Of a stretch of 64,000 bases of DNA, positions 12,335 to 25,556 are shown piece after piece. The translations under genes were made by a program, and so were the position numbers. The DNA is taken from contig CM082596.2 of assembly GCA_040954595.2 (NCBI GenBank), positions 8,383,124-8,447,123 of the forward strand, written 5' to 3'. Position 1 is the first letter of the stretch; the number at the start of each line of letters is the position of its first letter. The notes under the pieces were generated by a model. The model ran no database searches. It saw only the letters and a list, made by a program, of their open reading frames with translations, and was not told the DNA's origin. This DNA is from Balanoglossus misakiensis (lineage: Eukaryota; Animalia; Hemichordata).

Positions 12335-15300
12335 GTATAATATTCAACTGTTCATCATGTTTCGTCATATACGAGCCATACAACATACACGCTTGCTTCC
12401 CTCAGTTTGGTTGCTGAACTTCATCATGCAAGAATACCACTCACTGCAGTAGTTGCCTCAGTTTTGTCTGACATCAACACAACAACTACCAAAACAGAAC
12501 AATCGGTATACAGAGTACAGTTTCTATCTGACACAAAAGAATACTAGTATGCTACCAATAAGACATCAAATCAGGTCCGATAAACCAATATCATTCAAAG
12601 AAAGCTAATTACCAGGTCCAAGACAGAAATAAGAGAAAAAATGACAATTTCATCAAATCAGGCGTAACCACAGATTTTACTACGACCTATTTTGTCAAAG
12701 TTGTCTTCGTGAAACTTCGCTCGCTGTTCGAACATCACAGAAACGTTGTGATTTCATCACATGTTACTCAGCTCATCGTGGTTTTGAGGGCAATTTCTAC
12801 GATCGATAAAGCATTCAGAGAGACAATGGGGTTGCAATGAATGGAAACGACTGTCGATTTCTTGCCACGCACGCACATATTAACCGCGCTTTATTGTAAA
12901 TCATAATGACATTTTATATTCCCTTGTCTGGCCGGGTGTGGTGTTCAATGCCACGAGAAACGCCATCGTTGAATGAGTCATTAAATAGAGTTTCCAATGG
13001 CCACGGTCCATCAAGCGACTATTAGAAAACTGACTGTAGGCCGGTCATTAACAATGATGGAGGTGTCCTATTCTACTTAACAACAGCAACAGTTACAGCT
13101 TTATTAGCTGTAACTTTTTTAGCTGTGTTTTAAGTATTTTTGTTTTGTGTATCTACTGCAGTTTCTTGTTGTTTCTGAATCATGACGAAATGCCCAACAT
13201 TTAGCTTATCAACACAACATATATGTGTATGGTCAGCATTATTTTTGTGCAAAATTTGTCCGGACTAGAATTTATTTGTCAACAATAACAACGGTCGTTA
13301 CACATATACAGGCTTTGTTGACAAGCAGTATACTGGGTATATTAGCATGTTGTTCGGAGTAGAACACAAAATCGCATTTTATTATACACGGAACAAAAAT
13401 ACTGAAGATACAGCCAAATGTTACAGCTGATACTGTCAACCAGGTACTATTTTCTCAGAATGCTGTTGCTCTTTTCTTGAGGTCACTCCCTTGCATGAGA
13501 AGTGGACGTGAGTAGCCCCTTCATTGTCAAGTGCTTCAAGAGCAACACTTGTGATGATCAACCCACTGCATTGCCAATTCTGTTACAGGCTGCCACTATT
13601 TCTTCAACTGCCTTGGACAACCAGAGAAAAAACATGCAATTTTCCATATTATCAAACATATACTGCTGTAACTTATTGAGTCCTGTCATACAATACGTTT
13701 CTGTATGTGTACAGTATGCTGATTCACCAATCACGTCATGTGCACACGTCATGTGTACACGTACAGATGTACTGAGTGACTGAAGCATTCTATATTTGGC
13801 TAGATCAGCCTAGATGCCAAAAAGTTGTATTAATTTTGTAACAATTTCATTCAGTTCTCCTCTGCATTGATTTCATGGTGGAAGGCATTATTATCAATAT
13901 TTATAATAGCATAATCATAAGGTTATACACAAAATATCGCCATGTTTGGACTTGAGCTTCATACACGAGGAATTGGACTTGTGTACGACTGGTCCATGGG
14001 GCCTTCATCCGCATTTTGTGAATATCCCTATATCATTGGTACTTAAGACATCTAAGTATGTATGCCAGATATTTAACACAATAATTTAACCTTTATTTCT
14101 TTAATACCAGGTAGGATACCAGGATTTACCAATACAATCACAGTTCTGGATACAATGGTAAAGAGTCCAAGACATACTGCCACAACACTGGATACACCAA
14201 TGCTGGGGGAAAAACCCACTGTATGGCATTGCATATCATAGCATAGTCTAGTAACCAGCCATGTTTTAAAACACGCTAGACACTAGGCTAGATATACCAT
14301 AGAAGGATGCCAAGACAAACTGATGCAGCACGCTTGATTATCTTTTTACAACGTGTTGACTTTTTTCCAAAGATTGCTCAATCATTATGAATGTACACAA
14401 AAAGTCATTCACACTTTTGGATTACAACTAATACGTAAAATACAGGATTGCGGTTTTTGCCTGTCTATAGAAGTCCACTACCGCCAGCCATGCAATACAC
14501 TTTCATTCAATTTGTCAAGTGCTAATGTAGGGCCCAATGGTTGATCAGAAATGTCATTGTTCAATCAATAATTTAGTTATCACAAAAAAACTTTTTTTCA
14601 TAAAAAGAACTTAGGAAGTATGCACCTGAAGTTATTCTGATAATTAGAACTTGTGTCAGAAGTACTGAGTTCTTGATGTATCAACTGCAATCATGCACTT
14701 ACAATAGGGGACTTTCGAGTTGGGGAGTTCTCGCATCCCTGCAGTTGGCGCACTTGTGTACCTCATGATTGACATACGGTGGGACAACCCCAAAAGTTGC
14801 GCCATTGAATTAAACAATGGCAATGCACTTACAATTCTGCCTGCCTTAATAGGTTTTGACTTTGTGCTAGGGGGTCAAATCACATTACAATAATTGCATT
14901 CTGGGTAAGAAGTTGACAACTCTCTTTAGTAAGAGATAGAAGAAATGATATGTTTACTGTATTGCATGACTTCCTTTGGTCAAACATGTCGGTTTTTGTA
15001 GTCAGCATATTAAAATATTTCATGAGCAATGTTAAGTAGACTTAAATTTTGTCCCTTCTTACCAAATCTGTTGTCTTTTCCCAATCTCCGAAACAGACTA
15101 TGGTGGCCACTGTCGTGACTGTTGTTATCACAGCACACTGCCTTATGGCATTGACTGTATACAATTTTTGTAACCAGAGTCTCTGGTTTGACTCATGCAT
15201 GCACATAAGACGATCCTCCTTTAACATTTCTACAAGTTCAATCTACTACATTTTCACAGAAGCAATGTAAATTTAGACAAATATGTCACTGTTTTTCGCA

Positions 15301-15569
15301 AATGTTTAATACTGTGCAGTGATCACCTCTCTAATAATGGCAAGCAGACACTCAACAGCTTCGATACATCAACCAGAGTTCAACTGCTTAAAGTCACTGA
15401 CTCCAAATTCCAAGAATTTCCAGGGCAAGGGGTTTTTCCAGGAATTATAAGAAGTCACACGGTGTCATTTTACAGAAATAAGTAAAAAATTGTTCATGAC
15501 ATTCAACGTTTCACGGAATTGTGCACGTGCTTGGGTGAATCAATTTTCAAGGACTCAAGAAGTAGTAAA

Positions 15570-16291
15570 GGTAGATTGTGCCTCGGGGACAGATTTTCAG
15601 AAAAAATGGGTCGTCCAAAACTTCCAATTCTGTGCTACATCGCAGGAGTGACTGTGGCTATATTAAAGGGACAAAGTCTCTCTCTTGCTGCCCTTTCCCC
15701 ATGAATTGTTTGATACAAGACACCGTTCATGTTGTACATGTGGATATAAAGAGAATCAACGTTCGACCACACACAACTTCTATCCCGTTTGTAGAATATG
15801 AGAGTAAAAATCCCACAAAATGAGTAAAATGGTAAACACCGATTATTCATTTTGGGCGAGTTTTACTCACATATCATACAAGTGGGATGGAAGTTGTGTG
15901 TGGTTAAACGTTCCTTCACTACATATACACATGTACATTACCATAAATATTGTCTTGTATCAAACAAAATTAATGGAAAAAGGGCAGCAAGAGAGAGACT
16001 TTGTCCCTTTAAAGCGTGTGGGGAGACTTTTTGAAAGCAATGAATAAATAAACTGGATGTTCAACTTCTTGTTTTCATGCAAATCGCTACTTTAAATTTC
16101 CTCAAGAGACATAACGCAGAGACTGGTGGCCATTTTGAATTTCAAATTTGAAATAATTTTGCTCTTTCATTCATAATTTTGCACAGTGACCCCTAAATTT
16201 TATCTCATTTTCAAGAGAAAATAATCAAAAGCTGCCTTAAGCAAAATATGAGAAAAAGTTTGAGACTTTGATTCTCGAGGCGCATTCTACC
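15570..16291. mobile_element. Older TTAA-type TIR element hosting MITE copy 2; related partial copy from 6049
   Basis: Left end GGTAGATTGTGCCTCG, right end CGAGGCGCATTCTACC|TTAA. The interior (ggatgttca.cttct...gagactgg.ggccattttgaat) is shared with 6049-6230. Confidence 0.6.
15667..16008. mobile_element. Kolobok-type MITE family A, copy 2 (nested)
   Basis: TTAA|AGGGACAAAG...CTTTGTCCCT|TTAA with the same internal sequence as copy 1. Confidence 0.85.
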
Positions 16292-19200
16292 TTAAAATCA
16301 AGGACTTTCAAGGCACATTAGCCCAGATAATGTTATTGATTGGGTCACTTGAGATGGAACAAAAGTAATGAACTACAACTTTGCATAAAAAGTCCATACT
16401 TGGCAATTTAAAAATGTTTACAGAAACTATTCACACAGGGCATTTGCAACTTTCACCCATTTGTTGCTACAAGATTGTATTTGGACAGCATCTGATTTTA
16501 ATTTCTTCTTTTGAACCATGTCCTAGTTTTTTAAGTGGTATTTGCTAAATGTGGTAGTTTGTTATTGCCATACTAATGGTTTTCACCCTGGATAACGATG
16601 TGTATGTCTAAAGGTTATGTACAGATTGGCCACCTATATTTCCCAGACCCCTAGTTGTCTGCACAGGTTATTCACATGCACGTGTAAAGTTGACTCTTGT
16701 AATCAATACTGTAAAACGGGAAATTTTCATGACAGGAAATTTTTCGCGATATCAAAAGGAGGAACTGTTACGGTACGATTAATTTTCGTGTTCACAGCAT
16801 CGTTATCTCCGAAAAACATTTTTCCCTGATTATTTTATTTTTGCGTTTTTGGCTCTCACGTAGTTCGTGAAAAATTATCGTTCGCAAAAAAATTCCCCAT
16901 TTAACAGAAAATCCCACAAGGAAAATCTTGCAAGTCCTTGTGTACTGTGATTTCATGGTTATTTTTTCGGATACACGTCGGTTCATAACGATAAGTAGTG
17001 GAATTGTGATTAAGAGTGTATGAGGATTGCCTGGAGGGTCGGCCGTTCACTTCTCATCATGTCAGAAATGGTGAAAGTCCAATAAAAGATATCCTGCCAG
17101 TGAATTATGTGCCCTAGTCTGAAGATCTTGAAGGTCATTTCAACATTGACAGGAGAACTGACTCATCATATACTGTGTATTGGTCACTTTGAATCCATTA
17201 ACTGGCTTGACTTGTACAGATGCTTGCTGAGTATCACCTTGGCTCCTCATTTAACCTTTGACCCCTTCATCAAATGTGATGCAGGTTATAGTCCATAGCA
17301 ACCTATTAGCATTAAATAAAGCACTTTCTGTCTGCAACCTGCTGGGCCAGAATCGGCATCACATCCATTTATGTATTGGTCATAACAATATCTACAAGTC
17401 CATTTACATTAAATTTTCCTTCATCTGTCAAACCCTTCCTAAATAAAAAAGAATGCCGATTTGATATCATTGTTGAAATTAGCCTTGTTCATTTTCCATT
17501 CTTCTGAGTACATCAAATATGTAAATACTACCAAATATGCAAATGCCAAGTTTTGATTTTAAGTGAAATGTTTCCAAATTTTTACATTTCCCAGAAACAG
17601 AACTTCTTTGTTGTTTTATCTTTACATTCAGAAGAAATAGACATTTTCATAAAGAAACAGCACAAAAACATACCTTGACCGATGTCACACATATCACAGA
17701 TGCATCATACGGGTCAGTCAAGATGGTTGTCATTTTGAAAGTTGATTTTTCCTACATGAAAATCCGTCAGCAGATTTTCAAATGTGGTTCAAAATGACAA
17801 GATATGGTATCTAGTTTGGAAGCTTTGTTAGCAATAGCTCCTTTTTTGAATAGAAATTATATATGCTATGACCCTGACATGTTTTTTTTATTTTTTGCTA
17901 TTACATAACAGCTGGCCTTGACAACATCCAGTAGGCACTGTCATGGAAACACAAAAGATCATTTTCAATAAAACCTTCCATAAAAGCAGAAACAGATAAA
18001 CTTCCATAACTCAATATGTCAACTTATATTTGCGGAGGAAACTGTACGCAAGTTTTGTGGGAAATGAATGATTCATTTAGATAGATATTGGAGTGAATTC
18101 ATTTAAAGTTGACCAGATTGGCCATCATATTGGGTTCTCTACAACTGCGCGTGATATTCATGAGATTGATTGTACATGTACCATAGTTTACAATTTATAT
18201 CCAAATTAGACTCAAGCGCTGAAAGGAACCAATTAAAAATCCTCAATGGTCATTTTTTTAAAGTAGCGCCAAGGACACTGTGCACCCATTTGATTAGATT
18301 TTCACATTCAAGTCCCTTTTCCAATACAGGGAGCTTTACATGTTAGATATGTAAACAGTTTATGAAATAACACTAAAAATTTTTAGCTGTTTTGTTTTAA
18401 TTTGATTATATCTATTGGGGAACATTCCTAGGACTCTACAAACCAAAGTTCAAAGGAATCAGAATTTTTTTACAAAAAATACCAAATATTACATACTCAT
18501 GAATATTAATGAGTTTGACTAAATTGGACAAGGGTGTCTGATAAAAAATACAGACAGACAGACACTGATCCCATATGTTCCAGCTGATATCAACTCATTA
18601 TTAGACATACATGTACACTATGGGAGCTAAACCAGCAGTTATCCACCAACTATATAGGCACAAAAATGACAAACCTATATTAACAATACTTGCATTTACA
18701 CATGTAAGCATATTCCTTTTAACATCAAACGTACTGACCACAACGTGATGACCCTTCCACAACGTAAAGTAAGATGTACAACAGAGAAACTGATGGGTTA
18801 TCACCGGATGGCATTTGGACTTTGATGACTGGAATCAGATCACCATATTGTGATAACTGTGCAAAGTAAAATACCACTTAATATACATGTACTGGATTTT
18901 GTGGACAACCTCTTCAGGATGTAGATAAGAACTTTTGATGCACAGATGCGAGTACCTGTCTTCTATAAACTAACCCAGTTTCACATTTGATGCCAGATAC
19001 CAATTATGTTACAAACACATTGTCATCAGTAAAATATAACATTTTGAAAACAGGTCAGTATTTTTATTCAGTCTGATGTATGAATGTTTGAGAACCAGTT
19101 CCACTTACCGGACATATCAGAGGGGCAACGAGGAACTACGCATCATCATATGTCTTTAGAACTTTCCCCCTTTGTGAGACAGCCCTGGTGGTGCGCGTGT

Positions 19201-20271
19201 GGTTGATATGCATGTGAATGTGCATCAGAGACAAAAGTGGACAAAAAACTACATCTGCCCGCTCGTTGTTGTCACAGTATCATTGTTTTGTCATCTGCAG
19301 CGAGACTTGCTCGCTCGCTCGGCCCGTGCGGACCAAACATAGTGGTGTCTTCACTACAATGAAAGCAGAATCTGCATTTAAAAGGAGCTGTACAGCCAAT
19401 TAGCCAAGAAAAAAAGGTGGGGGGGGGGGGGTGGCGGCCGTGTAAGACAGCTTTGTCTATTCAAAACAGATGTGTCTGTCTCTATCAATCATTGTTAGAT
19501 TTTTCTTTGAGAATGGTACGTGGGAGAACCCTGCTACACTTAGGAGATTTCTCAATCAACCCCAAAAAACTACAGTCTTGGTAGAAACAAACTGATAACT
19601 ATCTTTTCATTCCCAGTTTATTTTCCTGGATGTTTCGTACAATCATGTAAATTAGACATGACTAGCTCATTACAATATTTCAATTAATGCTTGAAGGTTT
19701 CCGTGAGTAGGGACCAAGGCCACACTGCAAACTGGACTGTGTTTGCTCAACAAATGTTATCGGAATGGAAAACCAACAAGCTTCAATAATTGTTCCAAAG
19801 AAGACCAGATGCAAAAAGGATGAGGGAGGGCCAAGGGAGGGAGGGTGGTGGAGTGAGCACCTTTGGCGTATTAGGGAAAGTCCAGATCATTTTTTCAACC
19901 CTTTCACCACCATGGTTCAGTCCAAACCTTTTGGTTTCCATGGTAAGATTGGACCTATAAGGAGAGAACTGGGGGTGAAAAGGATCATAAAAATGACAAC
20001 ATTTTGGTTTTATTTTAGGGAAATTGAACTTGAGCATTACAGAAATACAGCGCTTGCAGCTCTGTCTGGATGGGATTATTTATCAAAGTCAACATAACCT
20101 TGGCTTTTAAACCTTGACTTCATACTTTTCACCATTTCATCATGGAAAGAATTCTTGAAAAATACACTGCCAGGTAAAATGACAGACGATAGCGTTCAAA
20201 GACTAGAGCTGGTTCTTAGTCACACAGACATGGCCTTGCACCTGCTAACCAGAAACAGGAGATGTTTTCAT

Positions 20272-20463
20272 CAGATAACTGGCATAAAACAATACTACAT
20301 TTGCATAACAATGACATGCAACAGATAACCAGCATACAACAATACTACATTTGCATAACAATGACATGCATCAGATAACTGGCATAAAACAATACCACAT
20401 TTGCATAACAATGACATGCAACAGATAACCAGCATAAAACAATACTACATTTGCATAACAATA
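20272..20463. repeat. 50-bp minisatellite, about 4 units
   Basis: Units start at 20272, 20322, 20372 and 20422 (cagataac..gcata.aacaatac.acatttgcataacaatgacatgca). Confidence 0.95.
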
Positions 20464-23400
20464 ACAGACAAGTAATATCACTTGCCAATGAATTATTCTA
20501 AAGCTGAGGATTATGTTTGTTTCAGTAATCATAAAGGTACACACACACAAAAGTACCCATTAGGAAATTAAGTAGCTGACAAGGAAATGTATCAAAATCG
20601 GGTTGGCTGGTCATTGACTAATAAATGGCTTTACTTTCACCCTTGACCTAATCACAACACCTACTGGAAAATCCGGGAATTCACACCCAAGGATGACCAG
20701 ACTGTCTTTCCAGAACTGAAGGATATTCCAGTACAAATTTATTCTTACAGATTTTTTGACACTCGATTAGGGAAAACATGGCCCATTTCATTTGGTTATT
20801 TTGACAAGGAAAGAGGGATATTGCTACTGTTCACAGATAAAAAAAAAAAAATTCAAATTGGGAAGACACTTGGATTTTCTGAACTTCAATAGTATCCTAC
20901 TTTGTACTGCAATATAGATTTTAAAATTGTCACCACTGAAATCATTGTTTGATTTTGCTAAAACAAATAAATAAAAGACAAAAAGTGATAATTGTGAAAT
21001 TATGAAAGAGTAATGATGCTGTTTGGGAGAGGGAGAGCTGGATGATGTTATATACAGAGGAGGGATTCTAACTCTGCATGCTCAGAATAACAGTTTTTAA
21101 GTGTCATAATTTAGCATCATCTAAAAACATGCTCATCACAGCTTATTTTCTCAGTACTGAAATCTAAAAGTTGCTCAAGTGCAGTCGTTTTTACTCAGTA
21201 CAACTTTGCTGTCAAATTTGTACTGTGCATGGACCCAAAATAAAAATCCACAAGCACACCACTCTTATTTAGAAGCAGAACTCTTCTGGATTTTCTTGGC
21301 CTTTAATACTGAAACGTCCCCACCCAAATTCTCAGCACAGAATCTCCATTGTCAAATGACTTTGATTCAAGTGAGGAAAAAAAATTCCAGTGATGAAAAC
21401 AGAATAATAATTCCAAGGTAGTTATTTATATTTAGTGAATTGCCAGAGGGCTGGCAAACGTGAGCTTCAGTCATTACTTGGCAATGAAAATGAACAAGAT
21501 ATCGCCATCCCTCATGTTAACTCTTTTGGACAACTAATTATTTTAATCTTTCTTGAGCTACACACACTAATTTGAATAAAAATCTTCCTAATTTTTTCGG
21601 CTGGCTATTTTTCTACCCCGTGAAGCATGGGCGTCTGCCCTGAGCAGAGACAACGACATAACGGCCAGTTACGTGATGGCAAGTCATGTGACCAAAATTA
21701 TGACCAATTGTGGGTATCACTTGGAGCTAGTCCATTCATAAAAAGTACAATGGTGGTAGAGTGAGTGTCACACTTAATTTAACCACTAAATCACGCAGGA
21801 TACAAAGTAGTGACTCTGGATCATCTTTTGTTGGACGCTAGTCGCACAGGTAGTTTTTTGGCCCCGTTCACAGGTGGTATCCACTGCCATATATCTTTCT
21901 CTGCTCTTGTCAAACCAGTTGTATCATGAGAGAAACACATCACACATGGTCTGGACAAAAAAAAAAATTGCCCTCCATACACAAACTGACCGCACGGAAA
22001 CACGGAATTAACAATAATGCTGGATCGGGACTGGATGAAGAAGATGCCATTTGGAAGGAAGCGCAAAGAAGATGAATGGGACAACTGTGGGTGAGTGAAA
22101 ATGCCTAAGTAAGAGACTGCTATATGCGCGCACAGAGAATCTCAAGGTCGCATACAATACACAGTTGTACAAACTCAGCATTATAAATGATCTGTCAGGA
22201 GTCAATTCATCAATGTCAGCACTTCACTAAAGACATACTTCTGGGCTTTGATTTACGCCGTGGTCGCTAAGTCAATCAAATATGGACACCAAAAATCTGT
22301 CAAGACATCATGTCTGACTTACATAACATTGTGAATTTTTTTTGCGGGAGATTAAAGTCAGTGTAAACTTCCAGGTTGGAAATGGAAAAAGCTGTTCAGA
22401 GGCTATTGTCCATTTCTGAAATAATCTCCATTTTTTTTTACATGACTGTTCATTTTTATTTGATGCAATCAACTTCTATTGCATGTCTAAATAGTAAATG
22501 CGAACTATAAAAAATATGTCATGGGGCCCGGACATGTGACATAGAATTAAAAATAAAATGAAGATAAAAACGGAACCTCGTAACTGGTACCAGACCAAAC
22601 ATCAATCTCAAAACTAACGAATTTCACTTGTTTGTGTTTTTTGTTATGAAAATGAGTTTTTTCCTTCAAAATATGTAGGTCAAGAAAGCAATTACTGTAG
22701 GCAATACATAACGCTTTATACGACGTGAAAAAATCAAGTTACGTAACGTTAAGGATGAAAGAAGAAGTGATCTGCCATCTGGCTATGGTAATTAATTATT
22801 GGATTTAAGTACAAAGAATACTCATGGAAAGCAGAAACAAATTCATGACCTTTTTAATTTTTATCCAACTTTTCTACTAAATGGCTCAAACATGATGACA
22901 CTTTAAACATCATTAAATCATATTGTATTCTGCAGGCGACCATATTTTAAATCTTATAAACGACAATCTCACAAATTACATCTTGTCAATAAAATCAGCA
23001 AAATACATGTAAAACACTGACATCTCACATGTAGGGCAAGACACCAATTTTCTTTCCAGTTTTCAATGTCACAACACAAACACGGTCGACTGGAGCAGTC
23101 ACAGCCACACAAACCCATGTCAAACACCCAGAGGCCTCAATAAACTACATCTCTGTACTGGAATAACTGTTTTCCAGATTAATTATACACTTAGATTATT
23201 CCAAATGTAATGTGATTTGATTATGTTGATGTAGTACCTCATTTAAAATGGAAAATATGGAAGGAAATGATGACATTCGTTGAATAATCACAGAAATTGC
23301 AAAAATTATTAACACGGCTACAACAGTTCCATTCAGTGGACTGATCAAACATTTGGGCGAATGAAATGCATGGCCAGGTTCGGTGTCCTTGAATACGGAA

Positions 23401-23540
23401 ATATTTGCTAATATCCAGGAAACCATTGCAACTCTAGTCACACTGCTAATACCCAATGCAAACATACACACACATATGCTGAGTACTTCCTGGTTCAACG
23501 ACCTCCAGAAACTTGACCAACACGGGTACATATACATTAC

Positions 23541-23639
23541 CTTGTTATCATCCTTCCACCTGGTGAACACCTGTGTCAGCAGCTTGTACTGCAGCAACTC
23601 AAAGACAATGCAGAAATGGCCGTCAAACGTGAAGATATT
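23541..23639 (-). CDS. CMGC-group protein kinase exon 4 (subdomain V, hinge)
   Basis: ttccag|AAT...AAG|gtaatg, 99 nt. Encodes NIFTFDGHFCIVFELLQYKLLTQVFTRWKDDNK; H.CIVFELL is typical of DYRK/CLK kinases. Confidence 0.92.
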
Positions 23640-24022
23640 CTGGAAAAGGAGAACCAAATGGAAACTAGATCAGGGCAGCAATCATTATATTAGAAACATT
23701 AGGTTCACCTGCAGCAATGTGAACGTGGGTCTTACTCTTAAATCACAAAGGTGTAATTAGCGGGGAAATCTGTCATCATTGCTGTTGCTCTGTGGTTATT
23801 GGTGGCGGCCTTGACGACTTTCAAGGCTACGGCAGGCCACCAAAGGTCAATACAATACATGGGAAGTCGACTCCACTGCCGCTGGCACATGGACAAAGAT
23901 ATATGGAAGTTGTAATAGATGATTAAGTAGCCCTGTCATGCCCTGCAAACTGTTGGAAATAATGCCTTACCACCATCTTGGGGCCACACAGACACGCACA
24001 TGGATTTGGGACACGAGTTTAA

Positions 24023-24367
24023 AGGGACAAAGTCTCTCTCTCGCTGCCCTTTTCCCATTAATTATGTTTGATACAAGACACCATGTATAATGTTCTACAT
24101 GTGGGTATATAGTGAATCAATGTTTGACCACACACAACTTCCATCCAACTTGTAGACACGAAAGTGAAATTCGCCCAAATGAATAATCGGTCTTTACCAT
24201 TCATTCATTTTGGCGGGATTTTTACTCTCATATCCTACAAACGGGATGGAAGTTGTGTGTCGTTTAATGTTGATTCTCTATATATCCACAAGTAGAATAA
24301 TATAACTGGTGTCTTGTATCAAACATAATTAATGGAAAAAGGCCAGCAAGAGATAGACTTTGTCCCT
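24023..24367. mobile_element. Kolobok-type MITE family A, copy 3
   Basis: TTAA|AGGGACAAAG...CTTTGTCCCT|TTAA. Confidence 0.85.
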
Positions 24368-24391
24368 TTAACAAGCGGGACAGGGCCTTAC

Positions 24392-24460
24392 CAGCAGTTT
24401 GACAATGTGTGAAGTGTCGTAAGGATCTTCTCGGTTCAATTTTTGGAGATTGTCCACTTC
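24392..24460 (-). CDS. CMGC-group protein kinase exon 3 (alphaC Glu, subdomain IV)
   Basis: aacag|GAA...CTG|gtaagg, 69 nt, phase 0/0. Encodes EVDNLQKLNREDPYDTSHIVKLL, resembling the DYRK/PRP4-type 'DP.D..HIV.L'. Not in the ORF track. Confidence 0.9.
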
Positions 24461-25466
24461 CTGTTCAAATAAAAGATGACAAATGTGTTTAATTTCATCA
24501 ATAATGCAGTAAACACCATTAATGTCGACTAACGCTGTTAGATAGTTTACACAAATTCTGGCATTGCAAAGTCACTCATTTATTGAAAAAAAAATTATGC
24601 AAATTCAGGCAGATTTACCGTCTAAATTGATATCAAACACTGAAGTCAAACATGCTGTACATTTTTACAATCTGAATTAAATTGATATTCCCCATTCATC
24701 ACTTTTTAACTGTCTTTGGCATTTTTTTGAGCTTTTCCATTTTAACTTTCAACCCAGACTGGCGTTTTTGAGTTACAAACGGGAGCCAACACACAAAGCA
24801 TAGATCACAATAATTGAACATCAGTATCTACATGGAAATGAACATGCGGCCTTTGTTAACGCTAATCAGACAGCCATGTTCAAAGCCAAGTCCAACTGTC
24901 TGTAACACATTCACATTTAAATTTTAATTCCAAGAATACTAATTGGATACATTTGCATGACAAAGACGGACCAGTGTCCTATCCGCAACAAAGACTAGAA
25001 TGAAAAAAAAAAATGTTTGAGACCCACTGCACTGTCAGTGACGGCCGTGCTACACACGTATTCACCACATCTTTTTTTCAGTCCATTGCCCTTTTCACTT
25101 GGCAATCAATAAATGCCTTGATCACTTCCGATGAAATGCAACTTAATCAGAAAAGTGAAATTGAACTTGCAATCAAATCTGCTGTAACACATATAAGGTT
25201 GTAAGAGAAGTTCTGTTTTAATCATGTGCTACTCATAACCTAGTTCCCAGACCAACAAGATTTCTGCATCATTATTAAAAACTAGTGGCAATCTGGCAAA
25301 ACCCTAGCGGAAACTGCACTTCCTATAATGTGACTTCTGAATCAAAGTGGGTAGGTTGAGAATTGATTATGGTCTGTAGCCAAGGGAAAGTGCTGAATTT
25401 ATCCAAATTCCCTATTTCACGGGACTTTGCTGGCACATAGAAAAGTGTTTAGAGTGAGCAATTTAA

Positions 25467-25556
25467 CCCTTTAACCACCATGGTTCAGTCTAAATTCATT
25501 GTTTTCTATGGTATACATGTAGTTGGACTGCTCAAGAGGGAACTGGGATGAAAGGG
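25467..25556. mobile_element. ~90-bp piggyBac-like mini element; relatives at ~1720-1805, ~8765-8850, ~19898-19982, ~51152-51200
   Basis: TTAA|CCCTTT...AAAGGG|TTAA with the shared core caccatggtt..gtc.aa. Confidence 0.7.

Noticed and set aside
20272-20463. CRISPR-like periodic repeat
   Set aside because: The units are contiguous with no unique spacers, there are no cas genes, and the context is eukaryotic.
23196-23760. 153-aa and 125-aa ORFs
   Set aside because: Only 23541-23639 is a kinase exon; the rest is intron read-through or antisense.
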